From NCBI GenBank assembly GCA_041389885.1, contig JAWKRB010000006.1, positions 259,101-323,100 on the forward strand: DNA of 64,000 nt, given 5' to 3'. This DNA is from Polyangiales bacterium (GTDB lineage: Bacteria > Myxococcota_A > Polyangia > Polyangiales > Ga0077539). The position numbers were made by a program, and so were the translations under genes. How positions within the stretch are numbered: the stretch's first letter is position 1; every line of letters begins with the position of its first letter. The notes under the pieces were generated by a model, which was not told the DNA's origin, did not search any database, and saw nothing but the letters and a program-made list of their open reading frames with translations. Shown in pieces: positions 49,499 to 58,826 of the stretch.

Positions 49499-50269
49499 TC
49501 ACAAGGGAACCGGACTGAGACGTGCGACCGAGGGGTGTTCCTTCATCGCCTCGAGCAGCGTCGGCCGCGGATGGACCAGCAGCGGGAGCGCGCTCCCGCT
49601 CAGAAAGCTCGCGTCCCAGCCCCCGTCGCCCATCGCGACCGCGGCGGGCCAGCGACCGGCCGCCCGCAGCGCCTCGACCTTTCCCCCGTGGAGCGGGATC
49701 GGCTGCGCCAGCGTCGGCAGCACCTGCCCGTCGTGAACGCGCAGTGATCCGCCGCTCACGGCGTCGACGACCAGGCCCGCCGCGCGCAGCGTCGCCTCGA
49801 CCAACGCCCCGAGGCTGCCGGTGACCACGTGCACCGCGAAGCCGTCTCCCCGGAGGCGGGTGAGCAGCTCGACGCTCTCGGGGCGCATCCGCGCCGCGAA
49901 CGATCCGCCCACCTCGGCGAGGAAGGCGTCGAGCTCGGCGATCGACCGCCCCCCAGCCGCCTCGGCCTCGAGGTCGCAGAGCGGCTCGATGGGGACGAGG
50001 CCGGCGGCGTGTCCCGCGATCAGCGCCTCGGCCTGCGCGGAGAGCCCCTCGGGGACGCGCGGGAGATAGCGGGCGCAGAGCTCCCGGGTGGCCTCACGCG
50101 CCCTCGCGTCCACGGCGTCGCGCGCGATGAGGTGGCGAAAGAGCGCGTCTCCCACGTCGCCGTCCCAGAGCGTGCCGTCGGCGTCTGTCGCGACCACGCG
50201 GAGAAATCCCGCGGGCGGCGAGCGCATCTCGTCGCACACCTCGTCGACCGTCATCTCTCGAATGGCCAT
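49499..50269 (-). CDS. HAD-superfamily hydrolase
   Basis: ATG at 50269 with GGGAGG RBS. Motif I DADGTLW. TGATG overlap with the upstream gene. Confidence 0.6.
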   Translation of the reverse strand: MAIREMTVDEVCDEMRSPPAGFLRVVATDADGTLWDGDVGDALFRHLIARDAVDARAREATRELCARYLPRVPEGLSAQAEALIAGHAAGLVPIEPLCDLEAEAAGGRSIAELDAFLAEVGGSFAARMRPESVELLTRLRGDGFAVHVVTGSLGALVEATLRAAGLVVDAVSGGSLRVHDGQVLPTLAQPIPLHGGKVEALRAAGRWPAAVAMGDGGWDASFLSGSALPLLVHPRPTLLEAMKEHPSVARLSPVPL

Positions 50270-51165
50270 CAGAACCTCCCGCTGGCGGTGAGCATGGCGC
50301 CGCTCGGGATCGGCGTCACGGCGGCCGCCACGGGAACGCGCCTGGGCCGCAGCCCGTCGACCAGGAGGAAGACGCCCGCGCCCACCGCCGCCGCGCCGGC
50401 TCCGACCCAGACCCAATTCAGGTCCGACGGTCGTTCGACCAGGAGTCGGTCATCGCTGAGCGTCTGGCTCACGCGCTCGCTCCCGGTGAGGCCCACCGTG
50501 CCCACGGTCACGGCGCCGACGCCGAGGGTGATCGCCGCGACGCCCGCGATCACCTCCGCGGTGTTGCGGCGCCCGCGCGCCTGCGCGGGTCGGGGCGCGG
50601 TGGGGGGCGCGGTGGGGGGCGCCGCGACGGGAGCCGCGGGCGGGTCGACGGGAGCCGGGGCGGGCGGATCCACCGGCGCCGGCTCGCGGGCGCGGATCGC
50701 CTCCGCGAGCGTGCCCGCGGCGAGGCGGGCGAGGGCGATGAGCTCGGCGGTGGTCGGCGCGAGGTCCTGCTCCGCGCGCTCGGCGATGACCTCTCCGCGG
50801 AGGTTTACGTATCTCGCCTCCACGCGCGCGGCGCCGTCCCGACCGCGGCTGACGCGCACGAGCACCAGCGCGCGCGCGTGCAGCGGGAGCGTGATCGAGG
50901 TGATGCACTCGAGCCCGTCGCAGTGCGCGGCCGAGGGGTTCAGCGCGTCGAGGCGGGTTCGGGTGTCGGTGGCGCTGAGCACGTCGGTCGTCACCCCCCG
51001 GATCACCTCGGCGACGGCGTCGGCGACGGCGATGCGCTCGGCGTTGGCCGCGGCGCCGCTCCGTCCCGCGGCGCGCACCGCGGCGACGTGAACGGGCACG
51101 GGATCGGCGCGCGCGGGCAGCGAGGCGAGACCGAGCGAGGCGACGACGAGGGCAACGCGCATCGG
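50269..51165 (-). CDS. Secreted hypothetical protein with Pro/Ala-rich linker and C-terminal TM segment
   Basis: Signal peptide MRVALVVASLGLASLPARA. Linker PAPVDPPAPAPVDPPAAPVAAPPTAPPTAP. TM segment VIAGVAAITLGVGAV. Confidence 0.4.
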   Translation of the reverse strand, partial: PMRVALVVASLGLASLPARADPVPVHVAAVRAAGRSGAAANAERIAVADAVAEVIRGVTTDVLSATDTRTRLDALNPSAAHCDGLECITSITLPLHARALVLVRVSRGRDGAARVEARYVNLRGEVIAERAEQDLAPTTAELIALARLAAGTLAEAIRAREPAPVDPPAPAPVDPPAAPVAAPPTAPPTAPRPAQARGRRNTAEVIAGVAAITLGVGAVTVGTVGLTGSERVSQTLSDDRLLVERPSDLNWVWVGAGAAAVGAGVFLLVDGLRPRRVPVAAAVTPIPSGAMLTASGRF

Positions 51166-51208
51166 GCGGGATCGTCGCACCGTGCCAGCAGAACTTGCAA
51201 CGAAGCCG

Positions 51209-51568
51209 TCAGCGCCGCGGCGGGCGCGCCTGGCGAAGGCGCTCGGCCTTGCGGGCCTTGCGCGCGGCGACGTCTTCGACCTCGGGCACCTCGACGTGCA
51301 CCTCGCCCTCGCCGTCGCAGCGCGCCTGGCACGCGAGCCGTAGGCCGACGATCTTGGCGATGGAGCCCAGGTGAACCAGCTCACCGTCGCCGAGGGGCGT
51401 GAGGTGCTCGCGGCCTGAGCGCACGGTGACCCTGCACAGCGCGCAGGTGGCGACTCCTCCGCAGGAGGTCGCGATGGGCAGGCGCGCGGCCTGGAGCACT
51501 TCGAGGAGCGAGGCGCCGGCGGCTGCGTCGAGGGGCTCCGCGACGCCGGCGACGTGAACGCGGGTCAT
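51209..51568 (-). CDS. Plant-type [2Fe-2S] ferredoxin
   Basis: C-x4-C-x2-C...C motif (SCGGVATCALCRV...CQARC). Confidence 0.65.
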   Translation of the reverse strand: MTRVHVAGVAEPLDAAAGASLLEVLQAARLPIATSCGGVATCALCRVTVRSGREHLTPLGDGELVHLGSIAKIVGLRLACQARCDGEGEVHVEVPEVEDVAARKARKAERLRQARPPRR

Positions 51569-51600
51569 CGGGCCATCTTCGCACGCGCGCCGAGGCGTCG

Positions 51601-52233
51601 TCAGCGCGCCTCGTCACGCTCGCGGAGAAACTTCTGGGTCAGGGCGAGGATCATCTCTCGCGCCACGGCGTTCTCGCCGCCCTCGGGGATGATGATGTCG
51701 GCGAAGCGCTTGGAGGGCTCGACGAACGCCAGGTGCATCGGCCGCACGGTCTCGTAGTACTGCTGCCGAATCTGCGCGAAGGTGCGCCCGCGCTGCTCGA
51801 TGTCGCGGCGCACGCGGCGCATGAGCCGGATGTCGGGGTCGGTGTCGACGAAGAGCTTGACGTCGAGGCGCGCGCGAATCGCCGGGAGGGCGAGCACGAG
51901 GATGCCCTCGACGACGATCACCGCCGAAGGCTCGACGCGGTCGGTGGTCGCCTCGCGCGCGTGCCGCGAGAAATCGTAGCGGGGCTTCTCGACCGCGCGC
52001 CCGGCGCGGAGCGCGTCGAGGTGCGCGACGAAGAGCTCGTTGTCGAGCGAGTCGGGGTGGTCGAAGTTGACCTGCGCGCGCTCTTCGATCGAGAGGCCCG
52101 TGAGGTCTTTGTAGTACGCGTCGTGCTCGACGAGCGAGACGCTCTCCACCGGCAGCGAGGCCACGATGGCGCGCGCGATGGTGGTCTTACCTGATCCGCT
52201 GCCGCCTGAGACGCCGACGAGAAGTACCGACAC
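51601..52233 (-). CDS. udk: Uridine kinase
   Basis: P-loop GVSGGSGSGKTT plus a uridine kinase/PRK family body. Alternative start at 52290. Confidence 0.8.
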   Translation of the reverse strand: MSVLLVGVSGGSGSGKTTIARAIVASLPVESVSLVEHDAYYKDLTGLSIEERAQVNFDHPDSLDNELFVAHLDALRAGRAVEKPRYDFSRHAREATTDRVEPSAVIVVEGILVLALPAIRARLDVKLFVDTDPDIRLMRRVRRDIEQRGRTFAQIRQQYYETVRPMHLAFVEPSKRFADIIIPEGGENAVAREMILALTQKFLRERDEAR

Positions 52234-52249
52234 GACGGCGCCGGTCGTA

Positions 52250-53131
52250 CTACACCCGGCCCCGCCGGGAGAAGCGCCGACGCGCGACAAGCAACGTCGA
52301 GAGGGCGAGGAGCCACCCTGCGCGGCCTCGCCGGGGCGCCGGGGAGGTCGAGCAGCCAGCGAAATAGTTTCCGAGGCTGGGGTTGACGCAGCGCTCGACG
52401 CGGTTGCCGTCGTCGCGTCCCGAGGGGTCGACCGCGAGCATGGTCAGGCACAGCGGCCCGCTGGTGTAGGCGCCGGGCACGCGCACGGTGCGCTGCGCCG
52501 AGCGGTCCCCCGCGAAGCCTGAGCCCTGCACGCGCGCGCGCTCGAGCACCCGCGGACCCGACACGCCCGCGCCGCGGGTGATGTAGAGCACGTACTCGAT
52601 GTCCGTGTCGGGCCAGCCCACGTCGCCGAAGGCCGACGCGCGCTGCGCCCGCTCGAAGCGGACCGTCACGTCGACCGCGCCGGGGTCACAGAGGTCTTCG
52701 GGCGCGCCCGCGAGGGTCGCCGAGGTCAGCCCGCCGAAGCGCGGGGGCGTCGAGCTGAGCCCCGTGCCCGTGCGAAAGCGAATGAGGTTGGAGCCCCCGA
52801 CCGTGTCGGAGAAGGTCGCGACGTAGTCTGTGAGGGCCTCGAGGGGGGCGAGGGCCTGCCACACGACCTCATCGCCGATGATCGACGCGCGCCCCTCGAC
52901 GCATCCGTCGCGGTCGCGTCGCCGCAGGCACACCGTGGCAGGCTCGGGCGGGCGCTCGAGGTACCGGAGGCGAATGAGCCCGTCGGTCGGCACCTCGGTC
53001 CCGAGGTCGGCGGGGAAGGTCTCTTGCAGCGTGCCGATCTCGTGAATCGGCGTGCCCGCGTCGCACTGCGCGCGGGCGGTCGCGGCGCACAAGAAGGCCG
53101 CTGCGAAGAGGGGGGTGACGGCGCGGAGCAT
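52250..53131 (-). CDS. Secreted protein with MYXO-CTERM-like C-terminal sorting tail
   Basis: Signal peptide. C-terminus has Cys (AGCSTSP), a hydrophobic stretch WLLALSTLLVA, then RRRFSRRGR. Confidence 0.45.
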   Translation of the reverse strand: MLRAVTPLFAAAFLCAATARAQCDAGTPIHEIGTLQETFPADLGTEVPTDGLIRLRYLERPPEPATVCLRRRDRDGCVEGRASIIGDEVVWQALAPLEALTDYVATFSDTVGGSNLIRFRTGTGLSSTPPRFGGLTSATLAGAPEDLCDPGAVDVTVRFERAQRASAFGDVGWPDTDIEYVLYITRGAGVSGPRVLERARVQGSGFAGDRSAQRTVRVPGAYTSGPLCLTMLAVDPSGRDDGNRVERCVNPSLGNYFAGCSTSPAPRRGRAGWLLALSTLLVARRRFSRRGRV

Positions 53132-53198
53132 CGGGTCGCGGTGAGGGTGCCCCCGCGCAGGGATCGCCGCAAGCGCGGCGGTGCTACCGTCCCCGGTC

Positions 53199-53777
53199 AT
53201 GCGCATCGGAACCGTCGCGACCGCACTGGCCCTGAGCGTCTTCGCGGGCGCGCCCCGCGGAGGGGCGCAGAGCGGATCGAGGGTCGAAGCCTCGATTCGT
53301 ATGCGACAGGGCGCCGCCGCGGCGCGTCGGGGAGAGTGGGAGGAGGCCCAGCGCCTCTTGCAGAACGCCGCGGACCTCGGCGCGCCTCCGCAGGTCTACC
53401 GCGCCCTCGCCGAGGCCTCGGAGGCGTTGGGGCAGCTCCGGGCCGCGTCCGAGGCGCTCTCGCGCTACGTCGCGCTGGCCACGGGCGCTGCCGATCGGGA
53501 GGAGGCCGCCGCGCGGCAGGAGCAGCTCCGTCGAACGCTGGGAGAGCTGCTCGTCGAGGTTCGTCCGGGCCTCGCGGGTCGAGCCGCGCGGGTGTGGGTC
53601 GACCGCGACGGCCCGCGGCCGTATCCCGCCGGAGGCCTTCGCGCGATGGTGGAGGGGGGGACGCACCGGGTGAGGGTGGAGTCGCAGGGGTGGCAGACCT
53701 TCGAACAGAGGGTCACGACGGGCTACGGCGAGCCGCTCGCGGTGCGGGTGCAGCTCACCGCGGTCGCGCCTCGCTGA
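53199..53777 (+). CDS. Secreted hypothetical protein with TPR-like middle and PEGA-like beta C-terminus
   Basis: Signal peptide MRIGTVATALALSVFAGA. C-terminal VEVRPGLAGRAARVWVD...HRVRVESQGWQTFEQRV. Confidence 0.4.
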   Translation: MRIGTVATALALSVFAGAPRGGAQSGSRVEASIRMRQGAAAARRGEWEEAQRLLQNAADLGAPPQVYRALAEASEALGQLRAASEALSRYVALATGAADREEAAARQEQLRRTLGELLVEVRPGLAGRAARVWVDRDGPRPYPAGGLRAMVEGGTHRVRVESQGWQTFEQRVTTGYGEPLAVRVQLTAVAPR

Positions 53778-53781
53778 TCGC

Positions 53782-55077
53782 TCAGCGGGGCTCCCAGCGC
53801 AGGGTCTCGCCGCCGCCGCCGAGGATCCGCTGTTGATTCAGCCCGTCCTGGTTCATCAGGTAGATGCCGCCGCGGCTGGAATTGAAGGCGATGAGCCGAC
53901 CGTCGGGCGAGAAGGTGGGATCGGTGTTCGTGCCCTGGTTCTCGGTGAGCCGGCGCGTCGCGCCGCTCGCGACGTTGACGGTGTAGATGTCGGTGCTGCC
54001 GCCGACGCGCCCTGAGTACACCAGCAGCTGGCCATCGGGGGACCACGAGGGCGAGGTGTTGTAGGTCCCGGTGAAGCTCACCCGCCGCGCGCCGCCGCCG
54101 CTGGCGCTCATCACGTAGATCTGCGGTCCGCCCGCGCGATCGCTCACGAACGCGATGCGGGAGCCGTCGGGGGACCACACCGGCGAGACGTCCGCGCCAG
54201 CGTCGTTGGTGACGCGCCGGAGGTTCGCGCCGTCGGTGCCCCCCACGTAGATCTCGCTGTTGCCGTCGCGCGTGAGCACCACGGCCATGCGCGACCCTGA
54301 GAACGCCGCGCCCATGACCAGCCCGTCGGCGCGGAGGATCGGCTCCCGCGAGCCCTGACGGAACAGCGCGAGGAATCCCTCGGGCGTCTGCGATGAGAAG
54401 TAGATCCCGCCCGGGCCCCACGCGGGGAGGAACGAGAGCCTTCGCCCCGACGAGACCTGCGCGAGGTTCTCTCCGTCGCAGTCGACGGTGAACACGGCCT
54501 TGCGCCCTCGGCCCGTGCGCCGCGCGAAGGCGATGCGGGTGCCGAAGATCCCCGGGGTCTGGGTGTAGAGCTGGATCAGGTCGTTGGCGATGCGGTGCGC
54601 CACCGCGCGGGGGCTCGCTGGACCGTACGAGCGAGAGAGCCGCGGCGCAGAGGGGGCGCCGGGCTCCCACACCCGCAGCTCGACGCGCGTCGCGTCGCCG
54701 CTGCCGGTGCTGCTGCCCTTCACCACGGCGGTCGCGCCCACGCCCGCCCAGGAGCCGGCGTTGATGTTCAGCCCCTCGGCGTCGAGGTCGGCGGTGAACG
54801 AGTGCGGGTCGAGCACGCGAAAGAGCGACGAGAGCCGCAGGTCGTTGGAGAGAACCGCCGAGATCTGGTCGCCGCCGGGGCCGCGGAGCGCGGGGATCGC
54901 GACCGGAAGGAGCCGCGACTCCAAGCCCTGCAGCGAGACCGTGATGTCGCCACCCCCCGCGGGGACCTGCGGCGCGGGCGCTTGAGGCGCCGGCTGGGCG
55001 ACGGAGATGTAGGGGGGGAGCAGGGCCAGTCCCGCGGCGACGCCGACCAGCGACCAGGATTGGAGGGTTCTCTTCAC
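53782..55077 (-). CDS. tolB: TolB periplasmic beta-propeller protein
   Basis: Signal peptide, TolB N-terminal domain, and repeated SPDG/SWSPDG beta-propeller blades. Confidence 0.8.
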   Translation of the reverse strand: MKRTLQSWSLVGVAAGLALLPPYISVAQPAPQAPAPQVPAGGGDITVSLQGLESRLLPVAIPALRGPGGDQISAVLSNDLRLSSLFRVLDPHSFTADLDAEGLNINAGSWAGVGATAVVKGSSTGSGDATRVELRVWEPGAPSAPRLSRSYGPASPRAVAHRIANDLIQLYTQTPGIFGTRIAFARRTGRGRKAVFTVDCDGENLAQVSSGRRLSFLPAWGPGGIYFSSQTPEGFLALFRQGSREPILRADGLVMGAAFSGSRMAVVLTRDGNSEIYVGGTDGANLRRVTNDAGADVSPVWSPDGSRIAFVSDRAGGPQIYVMSASGGGARRVSFTGTYNTSPSWSPDGQLLVYSGRVGGSTDIYTVNVASGATRRLTENQGTNTDPTFSPDGRLIAFNSSRGGIYLMNQDGLNQQRILGGGGETLRWEPR

Positions 55078-55116
55078 GGCTTCAACTCTAACGGACGGCG
55101 CGAGGGGGCGCGATCT

Positions 55117-55980
55117 TCATTGCGACTCGGGCTCGACGTTCACGTTGATGTTCCGGTCCGCGAGCTGCGCGAGCTCCTCGGGCGACAGGCCCGGGATCTC
55201 CGCGTGCTGCGCGACCAGCCGCTGCGCCTGCGCGACGTAGTCGTTGTCGAGGCTCTCGTTGCCCGAGGGCTGAGACAGCTCGGCGCCCACGATGGTGCCC
55301 GACCCGCTGATGCGCAGGCGAAATCGAACGCGGCGGCGGTCGCTGCCCGTGAGGGTCTGCGTGCGGTGAATGTTGCGCTGCAAGAACTCCTGCAGCTTCG
55401 CGATGGCGCCGTGGCTGGCCTGGCTCGGGTCGGTGGTGGTGCCCACCGCGCTGCCCGTCGCGGCGCCGGGACCCGCCGCGGTCGGGTCGGCGGCCTGCTC
55501 CGCCGCGGCCATCTGGGCGATGCGGTCCATGGTCTCCGCGAGGTCCTGGTTGCCCCGGCCGCGCACGGTGCGTCGGGTGATCGCGGCCATGTAGTCCTGC
55601 GCGCCGGCGTCGGGTCGCAGCGCCACCGCGGTGGGGTCTCGCACCGGGGTGATCGCCGCCGGCGCCGCCCGCTCGGCGCGCACGGGCGCCTCGCGATGAA
55701 TCACGCGCCTCGGGTCAAAGCTCCCGCCCCCGCGTCGCAGCAGCTGGGTCGAGACCACCAGCTCGTCGCGGCGGGGCGGCGGGGTGCGCGCGACGTTGCC
55801 CTCGTCACGGCCAAGGCGAAGCGCCGCCCCCGCGACGGTCGCGTGCACCAACACCGCGAGGAACACCCCCGTCGCCACGCCCCCACGGTCGTTCGTCCCT
55901 GTCTCCACCCCGCCGCGGCGAAGAGGAGAAGGCGGAATCGACGGCGACGACGGGAGCGAAGGCGGAATCGAGGGCGTCAT
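55117..55980 (-). CDS. tolA: TolA/TonB-family protein (energy transducer)
   Basis: Pro/Ser-rich N-terminus, a TM segment, a long charged central region, and a TonB/TolA-like C-terminal domain. Position between tolR and tolB. Confidence 0.5.
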   Translation of the reverse strand: MTPSIPPSLPSSPSIPPSPLRRGGVETGTNDRGGVATGVFLAVLVHATVAGAALRLGRDEGNVARTPPPRRDELVVSTQLLRRGGGSFDPRRVIHREAPVRAERAAPAAITPVRDPTAVALRPDAGAQDYMAAITRRTVRGRGNQDLAETMDRIAQMAAAEQAADPTAAGPGAATGSAVGTTTDPSQASHGAIAKLQEFLQRNIHRTQTLTGSDRRRVRFRLRISGSGTIVGAELSQPSGNESLDNDYVAQAQRLVAQHAEIPGLSPEELAQLADRNINVNVEPESQ

Positions 55981-56033
55981 GAGGCCTCCTGAGCCTGTCA
56001 GGGTCTGTACCAGAATCCCGGTCACCCTTGGGA

Positions 56034-56197
56034 TGTGTACAAACTGTGTACAAAGCTGGTCCGTTGACGGGGGAGATGGTCAAAAAATGATGCACATGGG
56101 CAAAAATTGATGCTCTACAGACGAGGCCGAGATCGCGGATTCTCCGCAAATACTGGGTGTCGGACCCTTGGCATCGTCCATGCACAATGATTGTGCA
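56034..56197. promoter_or_regulatory. AT-rich divergent intergenic control region: tandem TGTGTACAAA x2 (56034-56054), TTGACG, direct repeats GGNCAAAAA(A/T)TGATGC(A/T)C x2 (56078-56115), and the 17-bp palindrome TGCACAAT-G-ATTGTGCA (56181-56197)
   Basis: Read directly. The region is strongly AT-enriched relative to the ~72% GC background and lies between tolA (-) and the ECF sigma gene (+). Confidence 0.5.
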
Positions 56198-56228
56198 ACA
56201 CGGCCCCTACGCCGACGGAGATTACGCC

Positions 56229-56822
56229 ATGGATGCCCAGACGACCGCTTCAGCCCGTTCGACCGACCTGATCCCTGTGACAGCCGACATTCGTAAGACG
56301 GTCGAAGCTGCCTTTCGATCCTACGAGTCCCGGCTGTTTCACACGGCGCTTCGCATCACCCGCAACGACCAGGACGCGTGGGACGCCGTGCAGGAGGGCA
56401 TGGTCAGCGCCCTCCGCAACGCCGAGCGCTTTCGCGGCGACTCGGCCGTCGCGAGCTGGCTGTACAGCATCGTGGTCAACGCCGCGCTCTACCAGCGTCG
56501 CCGCGCCACCTCGCGCCGCCGCGGCATGGACCGCTTCGTCGAGAAGGTCTGGCCCGACGCCGAGCTCTCCCTCGAGGCGGGTACGGTGCAGCACGACCCC
56601 GAGGCGCACCTGATGGCCAAGATCGACCTCGACCGGGTCTCCGACCGCATCGCCGAGCTCCCCGCCGACCGCCGCGAGCTCCTCGAGCGCGCGCTGGGCG
56701 GCGACTCGTTTCAAGACATCGCCGACTCCATCGGCGAGCCGGTCGCGGCGGTGAAGAGCCGCGTGTGGCGCACCCGGGTCGGTCTCCGCGCGGAGTTCGG
56801 CGAGACCCTCGCGGCGGCCTGA
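56229..56822 (+). CDS. ECF (sigma-70 family group IV) sigma factor
   Basis: Region 2 (AAFRSYESRLFHTALRITRNDQDAWDAVQE) and region 4 (LPADRRELLERALGGDSFQDIADSIGEPVAAVKSRVWR). ATG at 56229 chosen; the upstream extension contains the palindrome. Confidence 0.7.
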   Translation: MDAQTTASARSTDLIPVTADIRKTVEAAFRSYESRLFHTALRITRNDQDAWDAVQEGMVSALRNAERFRGDSAVASWLYSIVVNAALYQRRRATSRRRGMDRFVEKVWPDAELSLEAGTVQHDPEAHLMAKIDLDRVSDRIAELPADRRELLERALGGDSFQDIADSIGEPVAAVKSRVWRTRVGLRAEFGETLAAA

Positions 56823-56825
56823 GCG

Positions 56826-57266
56826 CTACTGAGAAGAGACGGGGTCGGTGACGATCCCGAGCTTCTCGACCCCCGCCTCGCGCATCATCGCGAGCACCCG
56901 CACCACCACCCCGTACGACACGCTCTCATCGGCCTGCAGGTAGGCCTCGTGGTCTCGCTGCACGATGGCGTTGGCTCGCAGTCGCTCGGTGAGGCGCTCG
57001 ATGGGCACCTGGTCCTGCCCGACCCAGATCACGATGGGCGAGCGGGGGTTGTTGAGCTCTTGATGCCCGAGGGTGATCTGGAGCTTCTGGTCCCCGACCT
57101 GCATCTCGGGCGCGTTGGCGTTGGGGAGGTCGACCTTCATGCCGGCCTGCACGAGCGGCGCGGTCACCATGAAGATGATCAGCAGCACGAGCATGACGTC
57201 GACCAGCGGCGTCACGTTGATATCGCTCATGGGGCCGCCGCCCCCGCCTCCGGATGTGAACGCCAT
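56826..57266 (-). CDS. tolR: ExbD/TolR biopolymer transport protein
   Basis: Single N-terminal TM (VTPLVDVMLVLLIIFM) plus an ExbD periplasmic domain. Confidence 0.8.
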   Translation of the reverse strand: MAFTSGGGGGGPMSDINVTPLVDVMLVLLIIFMVTAPLVQAGMKVDLPNANAPEMQVGDQKLQITLGHQELNNPRSPIVIWVGQDQVPIERLTERLRANAIVQRDHEAYLQADESVSYGVVVRVLAMMREAGVEKLGIVTDPVSSQ

Positions 57267-57285
57267 CGGTCGCCTGCCTCTCAGC

Positions 57286-58020
57286 TCACTTGAGGATGTG
57301 CCGACGGACGATGTTCAGGAAGTCGTTCCCGAAGATGTCCATCTCGTTGGAGATCACGCGGATCTGCCGCACGAAATAGTTGAAGCCGATCACCGCGGGG
57401 ACCGCGGCGACGAGGCCGACGGCGGTGGTGAACAGCGCCTCGGCGATGCCCGGGCCGACCCGGTCGATGGTGCTCGACCCCTGCGCGCCCGTGAGCTGCA
57501 AGAACGCATGCATGATCCCGTACACCGTGCCGAACAGCCCGATGAAGGGCGCCGTGCTGCCCGTGGTCGCGAGGAAGGGCACCATGCTCTCGAGGATGGT
57601 CGTCTGCCGCGAGGTCGCCCGGCGCAGCGCCCTCTCGATGTTGCCGATGTCCGCCGCGGCCTCGTCGTCGGTCGACGCGGCCTTGACCCGCAGCAGCTCC
57701 TCGTAGCCGGCCTTGTACATCTGGGCGACGGGGCTGCGCGTGAAGCGCGTCGCGGCTTCGGCGGCGATGTTGAGCTGCCGGGTGTCTTCGAACACCTTCA
57801 AGAACGACTCGTTCTCCGCGAAGGCCCGCCGGATGTACAGCCACTTGTAGCCGATGATGTACCAGCAGATCACCGAGAACAGCAGCAGGATGAAGAGCAC
57901 GACCTTCACCGGCAGCGTCGCCTGCCAGATCAGGTCGAAGGTGCCGGGGATCGCGGTCGGCGCCCGACCCCCCTGCTGCTGGTGCATGTGGACCAGGTAC
58001 CCGTAGATCACATGGTTCAT
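57286..58020 (-). CDS. tolQ: MotA/TolQ/ExbB proton-channel protein
   Basis: Three TM helices. Conserved C-terminal TAPFIGLFGTVYGIMHAF motif. Confidence 0.8.
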   Translation of the reverse strand: MNHVIYGYLVHMHQQQGGRAPTAIPGTFDLIWQATLPVKVVLFILLLFSVICWYIIGYKWLYIRRAFAENESFLKVFEDTRQLNIAAEAATRFTRSPVAQMYKAGYEELLRVKAASTDDEAAADIGNIERALRRATSRQTTILESMVPFLATTGSTAPFIGLFGTVYGIMHAFLQLTGAQGSSTIDRVGPGIAEALFTTAVGLVAAVPAVIGFNYFVRQIRVISNEMDIFGNDFLNIVRRHILK

Positions 58021-58166
58021 GAAGGTCGCACGGGGGTATCGCCGCAGGTGCACCGCTGTCAATGCGTGGCGACGCTTGCGACGGCGACTCGGTACGGTTC
58101 AGACTGCGCCGGGTGCGCGGAGACGAAGAGAGAATTCGGTACCAGACGCCCACGGTGACCCGAACC

Positions 58167-58817
58167 ATGAAGGTCCTGTCGGCGGCCCTCGTGGGGATCT
58201 GGCTCCTCCAGGTGTTGACGAACTCCGCCGAGGTCCCCTTTGGCGCGTTTCGCTGGCTGACCCTCAAGCCCAGCGCGGTGCTCGAGGGGCACGAGCTGTG
58301 GCGCGTCGCGACCTACGCCGTGCTCGGCAACCCCGCCGATGTCGTCGCCATCCTCCTCGACGTGATGATCCTGCTGATCTTCGGCTCGGCGCTCGAAGAG
58401 CGCGCGGGGAGGGGGCGGGCCCTCGCCGCGATGTTCGCGGTCAGCGTCTTCGGCGCCCTCGCCGTGCTCGCCGCCAGCCGCGTCGACCTGTCGCTCCTGC
58501 ACGCCCAGGTGGTGGGGTCCTCGGCGGCGATGTCTGCGCTCATCGTCGCCTGGGGCGTGCAGCGCGCCGAGGAGCGCCTGAGCTTCTTCGGCGCCTTCGA
58601 GCTGCGCGGCAAGCACTTCGCCATGGTCGTCGCGGCGATGACGGTCGTGAGCTTTCTGCTCAACCGCAGCGGCGCGCACGTCGCGTCGGTCGCCGGGCTC
58701 GTGGCGGGACTCTTCGTCGCGCGCCTCGGTCCCCGCACGCCCAAGGCGCCGCCGCGCAAGCGGGTCGGGGGCCACCTGCGGGTCGTGCCCGAAGACCCCA
58801 AGCGCTACCTGAACTGA
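58167..58817 (+). CDS. Rhomboid-family intramembrane serine protease-like protein
   Basis: Six TM helices. GSSAAMSAL (GxSG-like) and AHVASVAGLVAG (catalytic His helix). Confidence 0.55.
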   Translation: MKVLSAALVGIWLLQVLTNSAEVPFGAFRWLTLKPSAVLEGHELWRVATYAVLGNPADVVAILLDVMILLIFGSALEERAGRGRALAAMFAVSVFGALAVLAASRVDLSLLHAQVVGSSAAMSALIVAWGVQRAEERLSFFGAFELRGKHFAMVVAAMTVVSFLLNRSGAHVASVAGLVAGLFVARLGPRTPKAPPRKRVGGHLRVVPEDPKRYLN

Positions 58818-58826
58818 GCGCGGCGG

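Noticed and set aside
56157-56228. Longer N-terminal extension of the ECF sigma factor (start at 56157)
   Set aside because: The extension (MSDPWHRPCTMIVQHG...) has no sigma-factor region. It is AT-rich relative to the genome and contains the 17-bp palindrome, so it is more likely a regulatory leader. The ATG at 56229 gives a canonical region-2 start.
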